Position numbers and translations under genes: made by a program | Origin: Balanoglossus misakiensis | Taxonomy: Eukaryota > Animalia > Hemichordata | Reading direction: 5' to 3' | DNA: 64,000 nucleotides | Assembly (NCBI GenBank): GCA_040954595.2 | Contig: CM082582.2 | Span: forward strand, 10,097,483-10,161,482 | The notes under the pieces: generated by a model | Seen by the model: the letters and a program-made list of their open reading frames with translations, nothing else | What the model was told of the DNA's origin: nothing | Database searches by the model: none | In this document: positions 51,868 to 64,000 of the stretch, piece after piece | Layout of the letters: each line of letters starts with the position of its first letter | Position numbering within the stretch: the first letter of the stretch is position 1

Positions 51868-54800
51868 TCATGATGAGTTTTGCTGTGATTTCTGTTCACT
51901 GGCCGGTTTCCTCGTCTGGGTGAGTCGGTCAAGTTCCGCCGCTGCGTCCTTGCGTACAGACGTCTTGTCCACTCCTGAAAATAGACAGAAAGAAACAATA
52001 CAGTAAAGAGATAACAGAAATGGGCGCGAACAGTAAAGTGCTCCTCCAAACATAAATGAACATGGGTGGTGGACGTGAGAAGTGAAGTGATGCGTATGCG
52101 GGTTTGTGCGTGAATCGAATCGCAAAGAACCGTACACCAAATGTCGCAAACGCCCGGTCACGTGAGAACACCGACACCCTAGGACATGCAGTAGGAATAT
52201 GATTGGTGGTTTTTTTACTAACCAGTAAAGACTCAATCGTCTTCACCTTGGACAGGAAAAAAAATACACAGAAAGGAAAGAAAAATGTCATCAAACGACA
52301 TATCAATCGATTACTACACATTCAAGTAAATTCTACAAATGAAAGATTAAAAAAAGACATGCAGAGGACCATGCTACTTGTTCACCAGGTACGGGAACCT
52401 GGCAGCTTTATCTACTGAACTCCAAACCAACCAACGACAAACAAGAACGAAATTACCCATTAAAATAATGAAAACTACTATATGCACTCATATTCCCTTT
52501 TTGAAGGGATAATTACTTTTCCTACATCAGACTGCCCTTACAAACTGATGCACTATTGAAACTGCAAACGTGCGTACTACAGTATCTACTGTTTTTATTA
52601 AGCTAATGCAATTCTAAGAGTATAGATCATGAGAATAGATCATTGATCAAAACTCCGCAATAATGTAATATGTGCACACACTCACTCAGCTTATACACAC
52701 ACACCAAGATGCAATCATGTGAAGTCAAAAGCTGTAACAGTGTTTGTGTGATGCGGCCTATGCAATGTGTAACAGTGAAGTTACTTTTCACCATCACCGC
52801 TTGGGGGCACTGTTATACAGTAACATTGTTGCACACTGCACGTTATGCAGCCCTAGTAACAGTGTGGTGCAACCCTATCACACTTACAGTGTGATGCAGC
52901 TCTGTAAGCTAGTGTGATGCAGCCTTGTGAAGACACCCCATGCAGTCACACACAACAACTCAAGTGAACAGACAATTCCAAAAGAATCTGTGCTTGAGTA
53001 GAGTCAAGACAGACATGTGTGTGCAAACTCTCCAACCGATATCATCAGGTTAACAATTTGCATTCACCAAAGCGCAAGACACACCCATGACCCTGCCACA
53101 CTATTTTCAAACAGCAAGAATCTATCCTAATTAGCATACTATCTGCATTGTTACCATGAAAATGTGAAGAACAAAAATTACCAGCTAGCTAGTAGACCAC
53201 TCCTTGAAGTAGTGCATACCCAGCCCAAGCACCACTCCACACAGAGTGCATAACGAGAAATTATGCGATACCCTGAAATGCCCAGAGCAGAGAATGTACA
53301 CTTAAGGTGCACCTGGGTTCATCTGAAGGACTCACCTGGTTTGCCGCCAGTTGTACCTGCAGGTGGAGGACCTTGACCTGGGCCAGGTGACGTTCTGGGA
53401 TTTTTGCTGAGTAAACTGTTGAAGAAGTTGGCTAGTACACCTTCACTGCTTGAGGGTGCTGTTTTACCATCCATCTGTGAAAGTAAATAGTAGTAGCAGT
53501 CATTCAAATGTCACAGGCTTCGAAGAAATGCCAGAATGCAAGATTCACACAACAAAGATCACACAACAGGCGAAGAGAACATATAGGACAGAGAACAGAA
53601 TCTACATGGTTTACATCCACAGTGTATATATCTCTTACCTTGGGTTTGCCGGTAGCTGTGATGGGTGATACACTGGCCACGTTGGCTCGACCAGCTCTGT
53701 CCGGAGTTCGAGCCATGGCTGGTGCCCTCTGTGGCGATTCCTGCACACGAAAAAAGAGAATTACACTGAAGTCACTTCAACTCAAGTAGCAAGGATCCTT
53801 GACACATAGAGAGACAGTAATACTATCGCTGGAATTACAACTCTGATTTAGACAAGACAGAATAGAATGTTCACCTGTTGCCTCCCGGGCGTGATGTTCT
53901 TACTGAGTAAGGCCTGCTGCTTCATCAAGAACACTTGCTCGTCTTCTGCTGTGATTTCTTTCATGTCTTGCACATGCTGAAAGGAAGGCAGAAGATTGTC
54001 ACTGGCAAGCATCAGAACCACTGTAAGTCTACAATGATCGTCTGGTCAACTAGCGGGTATCTGGTTTGGTTGATGGCCACGAGTGATGCATCAGTGTTTC
54101 TTTTTCAAGTTGATCAAGTTCTCTACTCACCCGTCTGACATGTGGTCTACTGATGACACTTTCATAAGGATCTTCTGGATGCATAATCTGCATATTTTCA
54201 TACAGTATACTAATCTTCTTGAGGTTGTCCCACCCCGACGGTCTGTCAACATTACAATATTTCAAGACAAATTACTCTTTCAGCAGAGAGATAACACCAT
54301 GGGCCAATATTCTATTTTTCATGAGCCAAGCAAGACTCAAAATTTGGCTACTTCATTACTTCTACATTTCATACTTACATGAAGACGGCATCTTTTTCTA
54401 CGACTAACGCTGGTGTTGTGAAGGGAAAGTTATATAGTCTGTGTATAATATACTTGTAGAGTAAATCACAATTCTTGTTTTCTTTCACTGACGTGTAGAA
54501 TAAGGCTGCTCCATCTGGATGGTCAATATGTAAGGATAGGATATTTCTTAACATGCTGTGTTATGTTTCAAGCCTCCATACGGGTATATTAGGGACTACT
54601 TCAAACATCTCTTAGTGAGACGAAACAAATGGAGATGCTGCCAAAAAGTAGCCAAATCTTCCCTGTACATGACAAATGCCAATTATCGAACAACCTCAAA
54701 AACATTTCCCAAACAAAGGATACAGTTGAGGCAGAATTTTCTGACGTATTGTTGAATAAAATCCAAGTGTTCGTCTCTGTATTCGTGCTCTTTTTCCAAA

Positions 54801-57800
54801 CTAGAAATTGCATCTGTCTGTAATGGAAATGAAAACAGAAATCATCAGCACAAGACAACATGCAGTGGGCTCAGACAAGTTCAAAGGGTTAAATAGTAGT
54901 GGATGTCAGTTGAAACATATGTACAAGGGCACATGCCACAGAGCCTGAGAGGTAACGATTTTTTTGGCAAAGGCAAAGGAGCTGACCTCTCACCTTTGTT
55001 ACTACGACTACAATTGGAACACCCAGATTATGAACTAAAGTAGTTTCTCCTAATGGAAGTAAAACTTTTTCTTCATCTGTGGTGGGTGTGACCGCCGACG
55101 TTCTCCGGGGTGAGTTTAGGCCTTCCTCGGGCTCTGTGTATTCTTGAAAATGTTGAGTCACTGCAATTAGAGTCAAACAGCACAAATTCACCACATTAGA
55201 AAACGGCTGTTTATATTAAATTTCCTGAACATTCAAATCTTTGGGTTTTTTTCCAATCAGCCAAAGGAAAGACAATGGCGATACTGTACAGGTAGTTGAA
55301 AAAACTTATTTTTATGACATATGAAAAACTGGCTGGTATGCACAGACTGATAAAATTATTACATCAATAACAGTGGGGTGATTCAACAATATTTAAGGGT
55401 CATAAAATACCCAGGTCTGTCTAGCATGCTGTGAGACGCCACAGTTATTCTATGGTGACAGACAGATCCCCCTGTTGTAAAAATTAGATACAACCATTCC
55501 ACCCTGCACGGTTTTCAATATTTCCTTTGTTATCGTTTACTGACCCCAACATCAGTGAATACTGTAATTTTTAAATCCAGGTATGGAATTGACCCGTTGC
55601 TGTATAGTCAAACACACATTACTCCCACACACAGCTGTTACATTGATGCAGGCATATATGAATTCTGCTGAAAAGTAAACCATGGTTTTAATGCATTCCC
55701 CACTGCTCTTTGTTCATGATTGTTTTTATACTCAGACAGATGGTGAAAATCCAGGACACTATTCTGGCTGTATTGTCGGGTTGAGTGCAACCCTAGATTC
55801 TGCAAATGTCATCCTGTGTGACAAAGTGATTGGTTATAGAAACTGTCTACAAAGGCTTGTGTTGTTCAACATTTCCATCTCTCTCTCTTCTTTTTCCATC
55901 TCTCCGTAATGTTCAATCCATCCCATCAAATGGCCAAAAACTAAAACTGAAGATTAGATACATCATAAGATTGGATGACGCGTAGAAATTTATATCTGAC
56001 ATTATCACAATACTCTGCTCACAAGGTTTTACTTTGAGTGTAATCTGTATCCATCTGCATATCATTTGCATACAAATAACGAAATTATAAAGCGCTACTG
56101 CAAGATGAAATATTGGATTATGACAGTTGACATTATTAGAGTAATAATGGACTGGGGTAATACTGTTCGGGGTAATTATATTTTTACTCCTTTTCAATTG
56201 CCCTTCAGACAGCCGTACCTAATATTTGTATGCAACATATGGGTGTGTCATTTACACAGGTAAAACAGCCGGCCATGTGAATTGTAATTTGTGCTTGGAG
56301 TATACACATCATAAAATAGTCTGGTTTCATACAAAATGGACAAGGAAACTAACATTAGAGAAAAATTACATATACACAAACATATACCCTTTTCACATTC
56401 AGATTCAATAAGATATTTATTGTATTTTCTATATCAATTATCAAATTCTGATAAATATACAGATAAATTACCATTATAAATTACAGTGAAAACACAACTG
56501 TCATGTCGCATACTAGTAATTCATGATGATTAATAACACTGGAAAATAACACCAGTTACAGAAATGATTTTTCAGTACCAGCAAATAATACACCACAACA
56601 GCGGAATATTTATCGGGCGACATAATTTAGGATTGCCTGGATTGAGCTGCAGAGGTTACACACGTCCCCGACTGTTGTAAAAATCTCACATGGAGAATTC
56701 ATTCCAATAAATTTAGATCTCACGGCTGTTGCATGTGGCTTCATCATTGTAGATATCACAATGGTGGTTTTAGGTTGAATGTACTAGTCCATCTGCTTTG
56801 TACAATGATAAATCTAGGTGTTTTTTTATCTTTGGTTCATGGAATACCAACAGCGCCATTCTTTCACACTATTATGTTTTATTCGTCATTTCATCAATAT
56901 GTCAGATGAAATTCTGCAAAATCAGTGCACAGAAACATAAATTACGTTTGTACACCCATTTTATGACACCCAAGAACCACAAAACGCCTTGATCATTACC
57001 TGTGTAACCTGTGAAAGGATCACGGCTGAGTCAACTTTTAAACACAGCGAGTTTTTATTACATAGGTAACAATAGCATTGACAGATTTTACTGCAACGTG
57101 TTTGATCTACTCAGTGCTCAGGGAGATTGTACAATACATCATCCCAGAGGAAAAAACTGACAAAGAGATTGTCTGAGAAGAGCACACAGCCAGGCAGGAA
57201 CGATTTATGGGCTGATTATCGAGTAAGCCACCACTGTGTATGTGTGTTGAAATGTCATGGAGTGGGTGTGTTTATCAAGCATTCCACAGACAATACACAC
57301 AAAAATATGCCACTCCACACCAGTAAACTTCTGAGTATCTCTGCTTATCTGAGAAATTCAGAAATTTCCAAAGCAGTGGCTTTATAATTCTATTTTTAAC
57401 CAGTAAATAAATACACAATAATGCAAGTTTGTAATATGATTTGTGGGTTTTTCAATGATCCCTGTATCAAACGTACTTCTATCTCTAATTACCGTAGGAA
57501 TTTAAGAGTCAGTTGTCTAGAATGGTGCCAAAGATTTACAAATCTTCATAAATTGTATTGAATTTTATTATTTTATTATATTTCTCAAATTAAATACAGA
57601 TCAATTCAGCAAAATAACCTGTCTCATTCCAATTGTAAGAGAAAACTGAAACGTATACTTACATAGTTCAGCTAATTCTCTAGTTTTCTCTGGTTGTACT
57701 TGTAGTAAATCTATGTGATCTCTGAGAATTCTAGCCCATTTATTTAGTGATTCCATAATTGTCCATGGTCTTGACATGTCCACCGTCAACATGACTACAG

Positions 57801-59309
57801 TGTGTTCTAAACTTTCTGGGGTCAGTGCAAATTTTAGAAGACGCTCGTGTCGTGTGTCCCCATCGAGGATCCACACTCCGCACCTTGTGAGATCTGTGGT
57901 AGGAAATTGACAGTAGAGTAAGGTCTGAGTCGGGTGACTGTTTTATGTGTCTATTCATTTGTCCAAGAACACTTAATTCATTTGGTTTTTGCAATCATCA
58001 TCTCATCTTTATTGGATATCATAATTACCTTCCCAATTAAATTCTTGCAAGATAATTTATCAAACACACCACTAATTTAGTTAGAAACAAAAATTGAAAA
58101 AATAAACGAAAATTCTGGAAGATCTCCGAAAACTACTACCAATGTGTGCTCAAGTAGCAGATAGAGACTCTCGACTAGACATTTCCTGTTGAATGTGTAC
58201 TGTATGGCTGCTCCATACGTACAAGTCTAGTCATGAATCATACCCTTATTGGGCCTCTCATCTGGTATCTCTTTCATAATACACACTACTCACAAGATTG
58301 CAAGTTATTCAATGGCATAAGATAGGACTTTTCAAAACCCTCAAATTCTGCGATTGTAGTCTCCCCCTCAGTGTCATTTTCCAGGTCACAGATTATCCAA
58401 TTATTGGAACGGATTATTTAAATTATGCTGGAACAGGTGATGTCATGGCCATCACGTGATGGTAGTTGGGGCAGTCTGGAGGATGTCCTTTACTATGAGC
58501 TCACCATTTGTTTACAATCATGGAGTTGTCAAGTGCCTAACCGAATGAATCTCGACACATGCCTTCAAATTGGCGTGTCTCGTTAGATCTTTTGTTACAT
58601 GTTGGCACTGCACCAGGATGAAATTGACATTACGGCACTGATATCGACATTTTGAGTCTGAACGTGATTGAGGGCGTGTTCACTTTCAGTCATGTCAATA
58701 TCAAAACAATTCGCACATATCCTGACGGACAGTTTCGGTGCTAACATTCTCCCCATTTCATATATCATGGTCGTTTGCTTCTATGTAAAGCTGTAAAAGG
58801 AAATAACACAATCCACGTGGTTTTGAATGAAATAAATGTTTAAAATTACCATCTCTGTCTTCGTCTCGAACGTCAAGGTACAAATATTCCATTCCCTTGC
58901 CTTTCTTCGGTTCGTCTGTACCTTGTAATTTGGCAATAAGTGTCGTTTTTCCAGATTCATCTTCGCCTGAAATAAGACAGTGATAACCGTTAGACTGATC
59001 ACACACAACGATCATCAAATCATCGACTGAAACGCATAAATAATTTGATTTACATTTAAACGAAGGAAACAGTACCCACCTAATACGAGAATGGACTTGC
59101 AAGATGGCAGTTTCGAGGTCGAATGGGATGAAACTTCGGCCAAAATTGACGACCTGAGAAAGACAACGAGAAATTAGACGACGTACAGAAACTGGCTGGT
59201 TCGATCGAGACTACCGAAACAGCACCTACCATAAGTTTTGCTGACTTTCCTGATCATCATTGAGGTCTACACTGCCTGACACTACCGCCTTCTCACCGAT
59301 CGGCGCCAT
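51868..59309 (-). CDS. DYNC1LI: Cytoplasmic dynein 1 light intermediate chain (LIC1/LIC2 pro-ortholog)
   Basis: MAPIGEK...[12 protein letters not shown]; P-loop GEDESGKTT; [19 protein letters not shown]; VWILDGD; [13 protein letters not shown]; [12 protein letters not shown]; [21 protein letters not shown]; [13 protein letters not shown]; adaptor-binding helix [15 protein letters not shown]; last exon [12 protein letters not shown]...NSS*. Confidence 0.96.
54515..54723 (-). other. U12-type (minor spliceosome) GT-AG intron in the dynein LIC gene
   Basis: 5' splice site GTATCCTTT, branch-site-like TATCCTTAC (54530-54538) about 15 nt before CCAG, and no strong polypyrimidine tract. Splicing restores the frame FCLN-Y-GAALFY. 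Confidence 0.85.
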
Positions 59310-60126
59310 CTTGATTTGCCCATCAACGACCCGGATGTACAACCAAACAGGCATGCGTGAAGAGAAAAAATTAATTATTCATGACGCGATAGAAATGATG
59401 TCATATTTATTCCCTTTTGGAACAATCAATGAGAAAACACCCCAATTAAAGATATTCAATAAAATTGAATCGGTGGATAAACAAGTGTACTTGACACGCT
59501 TGTAGGTTCTAATGTGACTGCAAACATGAATGATCGATGTGTTGGACCAGGGGAAAAATTGTCTTGCGCAAGTTGCACCAGTGGTATGTTTAAAATGATC
59601 AATAACGAAACACAGATCAAACAAACTGATGCAAAACACAAGTTTTATTCTTATGTTGGTAATACAGTTCAAATAACAGGTAACTCAAAGAGTAAACATG
59701 CTATATTTACTAGAACAAAAATATGGCTTTATAAACTGCTATCTACTCATAAGGCAACTTATCGCAAAGTTTGTAAATGGATTCCATATTGGCAGTGATG
59801 GAAAGTCATTGTAAATATTATAATAAATGCAAAGAATATCAGTTATACATATTTTAATATATTGATGAAATGAAATCAATGTAATATAAGAGCTATTGAT
59901 TTTCTGTTGTCTATTGTCTGTCTATAAAGTTCAAGCATAGACTGTCTGTAGTTCAAGTTCAAAGGTCCTGATGACGCCACTGAAGTTTGGAAGACACATG
60001 ATCATATTTGGACGCACTCAACACCGACAGCTGCTGAGCTGTGCTGTGCTTTTTCTACGTTGCTATACTCATGCAGGCAATGTTCCATCATAGACGCATG
60101 TCTCTCTGTATCAGCCGGAATGTTCT

Positions 60127-63100
60127 TTACACGGGTCCCATTGATCCAAAGGAATTGCCGGAAAAGTCGTTGTCGTACCAATCCAGATTTACTCCGCCGG
60201 TCTTTTCCTGATCCATCTCACTGATTTGCATGCCACCGAAATACTCCATTGAATTGGAATACCGCTGTATGGTTATTCCGTAACCAAAGTTGTCATGGAT
60301 TCTGTTCTTGGACAACTTGACTTTGGGTTTGATTTGACCTTCCTTGTCCTCTGCCTGTGAGTAAAAATAAAAATGGTTGAAAAATAATGAAACAAAATAA
60401 CCAAAACAATATCTCAAATAAGCAACATTGGCCGTTTCAGCAGTCTCAGTTTGATAAAATGACATGAAGTTCATATAATCACCATAATGAGGATGCCACC
60501 TTGGGCAGTGCCATCATCCATTTTGCCACAGTGATGGATCTCCGTGGTGCAAATCACAGCTGAACTGCCATCATGTATGGAGACTCCTGCACTCTAAAAA
60601 CAATGAAAGAAAAAACATGATCTTCTGAACTTAAAAATTGCCAAAAGTGATGTCTTTATTATACACTGGTGTAGTGGGGAGCCTCTCCTGTCTGTTGGAC
60701 AGTTTCTTAAACAGCGCCCCCATAGTTCAACCTACAAAACTGCACAACGGATAGTGATAGGAAACTGAATTACAAAAAAATTACAAGCTTGCAATGTATC
60801 TAAGCATATTTTGTTGTGTTAGCTAAAACAACGTAGACAACCATGGTGTTAAACTCCTATCATAAAAACCACCAACCTGAGCCCCGAAAATTTCACAATC
60901 CTTGACAAAGAGTTCTGCACCCTGTCGCACCACCGCACCCTTGGCATCACACTGGAATTTACATCCCTCCAGTCTTGTCTCTCCTGATCGCACGCAGACC
61001 ACGCCTTCGGTCGTTCCGTGCTGGACAAACGTCAGATTCTCGAGACTGAGGTTGGGAGCACGGCAGTCGATGGAGATGTCGCCACCCTGCCCACAGTCGA
61101 TGACGATGTCATCTCTATTCCCGACACCTTTAGAAATACACAGAGCAGAACAAAATATTTGTTAGTTTTCTGGTAAATGTAGAATGAAAGTCTTCTGCCT
61201 GTTTGTCTTCAATTGCTTTTTGTACATCAGACAGCCATTGCCTCATCAGTAATTCTTTTAATATGTAAATCACTTGTTTCATAGTGACCTCACAATGAAC
61301 TCACTTGTGCTGAAATTTTAAGGTGAAGGTGAAGGCTAAGATGGCCCATTTCTGACCTCAGATGGTAAATATATTCACATTTTACTCGTTTCTTTTTAAA
61401 AGCGACTTTCATCTTCTAGCTCTGTCGAATTATCACGAGAGAGTGCGTGGTGCGTGGGCGGGGACATCCTTGGCTTATTAGTCGTGACATCAAATGCATG
61501 TTTTTCTTGCAGACAATTCGAAAAATAACAAGCCCCCCTGAGAGTGAAATTATAAAATGACATTTGGATGGCTCTATGATGGAGTCTGTCTGGCATTTAC
61601 ATGAATAAGTGGGTGTTTGATATCTGAGGAAAGAAAAACAACATGTCTGACAAAAACAGAGTCGAAATTTCCTCAGCTTGAAGAGTCAAATAACGACAGG
61701 AATTACTTCTTCTACAGCTCTAAAACTGACAAATTAAACAATCCAGTCTGAAGTCAATGCCCTCTGATTTCATCAAATATGTAATCTTATCAGTGACCCA
61801 GTTGAGATTTTTGACTAACTCATATGAGGTGATTGTATAAGCTTGCAGGTTTTCTGTGTCTATAGTTATCCTGTCAAATCATTTATCCTTGAACGTTTCA
61901 ACTGACTGTTATTTGCCATTCAAGATGACGTATGTAAATCTGCAGTAATGAGCTGGAACCCGAAACCTGAAGGAAAACACTGAACCTATCACTTTGTGGG
62001 TTTTGAGACAGGAGAGTATGGACATAGGGGTGTAGTCTGACAATATTGTTGTAGAGACTAAAGGCTATTAATATGCTGGTGAGAAAAGTACTCTTATCCA
62101 AGGTTGTCAAAATACTTGTCGGTCAGCTTGGTATTATACCAGGTAACTCATGAGTGATTCCGTGCCAATTATTCTGATATTCGGGTGTTCCGTTCCAACT
62201 ATTCAGAGAGCTGGTATTAGTGTATGTCTTTCACTGATTGATAAAGGAAAATGTGAACAATGATTCAAAACAATGAGACAACTTGTGAGTGGAAAGCTAT
62301 GGTTTGAAGTCTTTGGAGAACAAAACTGCTTCGGGGGGGGGGGGGGGGGGGGAGACGTCTGGACAACCGAAAATAGAATCAAAAGGAAATGACCCTATTG
62401 GATCTTGATATGAACGTGGGCTTTGTTGCAGCGCTATGCTCTTGTATTCAACTCTGAAAGAAACTGGTGTGGGCATGTCTGAGAGAAAATGACCTGAAGC
62501 CCGCTGGCTCATTGAAAAATAGAAATTGGCAATGTATGGATGAATACAAGTCTGTGCAAGTATGAGTTTGAAAGTATTGTTTGGTATGTATAAAGATAGG
62601 TCCATCTTTACCAAAGAATTTAACAATTGATTTTGCCCAAACCATGGTAATGCAAGGATTTAACATTAGGGTAGAAGACATGCCAAAATAATTGGAGCAG
62701 CAACTGGGTCAGAATGCACTGAATGCTCCAAATTCTTCACAATACCTCTGACTGTGACAGATTCCTGCAGGTCATGGAAGCCATCTGCCGGATAGGTGCC
62801 GGGATATATCAAGACGGTGTCTCCGTCATGGCAGTTGTTGAGTGCGGGTTGGGGACTCTCATATTCCTTGATCACAGTGTCCCCGGGCAGGTCCTGTTGA
62901 ACAGAGAATGGGAATTCATGCGACTGGGAGGTCAAGGGGAAACGGGTGACAGTCTGATTATAGAATCTGGCATGATTCTCTCAAGACAAACAGATCAGGG
63001 CAGAAATCAGATTTGTATCAAATATAGCATGGCTTTTCAGAGAAAACCAAATAAGGCCTAGTAACAAGCTGATTTGGATTAGTATAGGTGCTAGATTCCA

Positions 63101-63798
63101 ACCGATTCCAACAGAATGATATCAAAAGAGGTCCCAAAGTCCAGGTTTATTTTTTGCTATGTCAACAGACTTAATAAGATGCCATTGATTTGAGGAAGGG
63201 CAAGTAAACTTAAGACATATGATGATACCTAGTCATAAACAATAAGCTAGTGCCTACCTGTACCATCTTGACAGTGAGTCTCTGTGCTACTATGTGTGTG
63301 ATGATAGTGCCGTCTTTTCTTTGTCCCTTGGGTAGACCAGGAATAGTTCCACTGAATGAATCATGGTGGCTCATCATCAGTCTTGTCAAGAAAACAGGGA
63401 AAGGAGGAGGAAATCAGCAAATGAATATCAAACTATTACATTTTGTACTACTGTTGAACTTTTCCAATCCAAGTTCATGTAGCAGTAGCATGTAAATTGC
63501 CATAAAATTCACAGGAAGCCCACCCCCCCCCCCTTCCCACCAGTGTTTCCACCAAATGACCAACCTCATCATAGGATTTTCCATCATTTCGAGCGACCGC
63601 TGCAGGACTTTCAGCTCTTGATACTTCTGCGTCAGTAAAATGACGCACGTTTCATCCATGTCGACTTCCGAGTCGCTGCCTTCCACCAGTTTCCTCATGG
63701 CCGTCAGTTCGTCGTATTTTGTCTTGTACTCCGCAAGAGTGCTTGTGTATTTCTTCACAGTCTCCGTCGCCAGCGTTCCGTCTGAGATGTCATAGTAC
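60127..63798 (-). CDS. SHCBP1: SHC SH2-binding protein 1 / Nessun dorma, 3' exons; gene starts beyond the right edge
   Basis: Exons ~63798-63565 (YYDISDG...MMENPMMR), ~63382-63259, ~62896-62745 (ALNNCHDGDTVLIYPGTY), ~61127-60878 (DDIVIDC...LENLTFVQ...GAVVRQGAEL), ~60593-60482 (SAGVSIHDGS...IHHC), ~60354-60127 (PKVKLSKNRIHDNFGYG). These encode right-handed beta-helix (PbH1/pectin-lyase-like) repeats. Confidence 0.85.
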
Positions 63799-64000
63799 CT
63801 AGTTTCAGACATTAAGTTCTTAAAATCTAGTTCATTAAAGATGCACCGTGTTAGATGCTATAAGAAGGTAAATATACTGAAAAGAGCCCTGAGATTTACT
63901 GACAAACAAGTCTCAGTGAACTCGAGTTTGAAACTAAAATTCTGAAAGAGCCCTCTAAGACATTACAGCTATTACAGTTCCCTGAGCATGGAGGAAGCTA

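Noticed and set aside
62332-62353. Long G/C homopolymer runs (also ~1914-1930, ~27431-27453, ~45660-45712) as G-quadruplex elements
   Set aside because: They are scattered without consistent context and most simply explained as mononucleotide microsatellites.

Overview
This window is eukaryotic (animal) genomic DNA. It is gene-dense, and most introns are short GT-AG introns. The vertebrate-like protein sequences and compact gene structure suggest an invertebrate deuterostome; this is an inference, not a taxonomic determination. The ORF track is mostly fragments, so genes were rebuilt by hand from splice signals and reading-frame continuity. From left to right: the first two coding exons of a signal-peptide plus CUB-like protein (-, runs off the left edge, second exon absent from the ORF track); about 9 kb of CpG-rich non-coding DNA with RFX X-box motifs; copine (-); VPS4 (+); a gigaxonin (GAN) ortholog (-); NPEPL1 (+); coactosin/COTL1 (-); GINS3/PSF3 (-); RPUSD2 (+); cytoplasmic dynein-1 light intermediate chain (-); and the 3' part of SHCBP1/Nessun dorma (-). 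Extras include three head-to-head gene pairs, a U12-type minor intron and candidate microexons in the dynein LIC gene, a 939-bp Tc2/pogo-like non-autonomous transposon, a TTAA-flanked piggyBac-like MITE family, microsatellites, and apparent ancient synteny with human 16q. I see no prokaryotic systems, CRISPR arrays, rRNA or tRNA, and no clearly novel multi-gene system. Exon coordinates were read by eye and may be off by a few bases.
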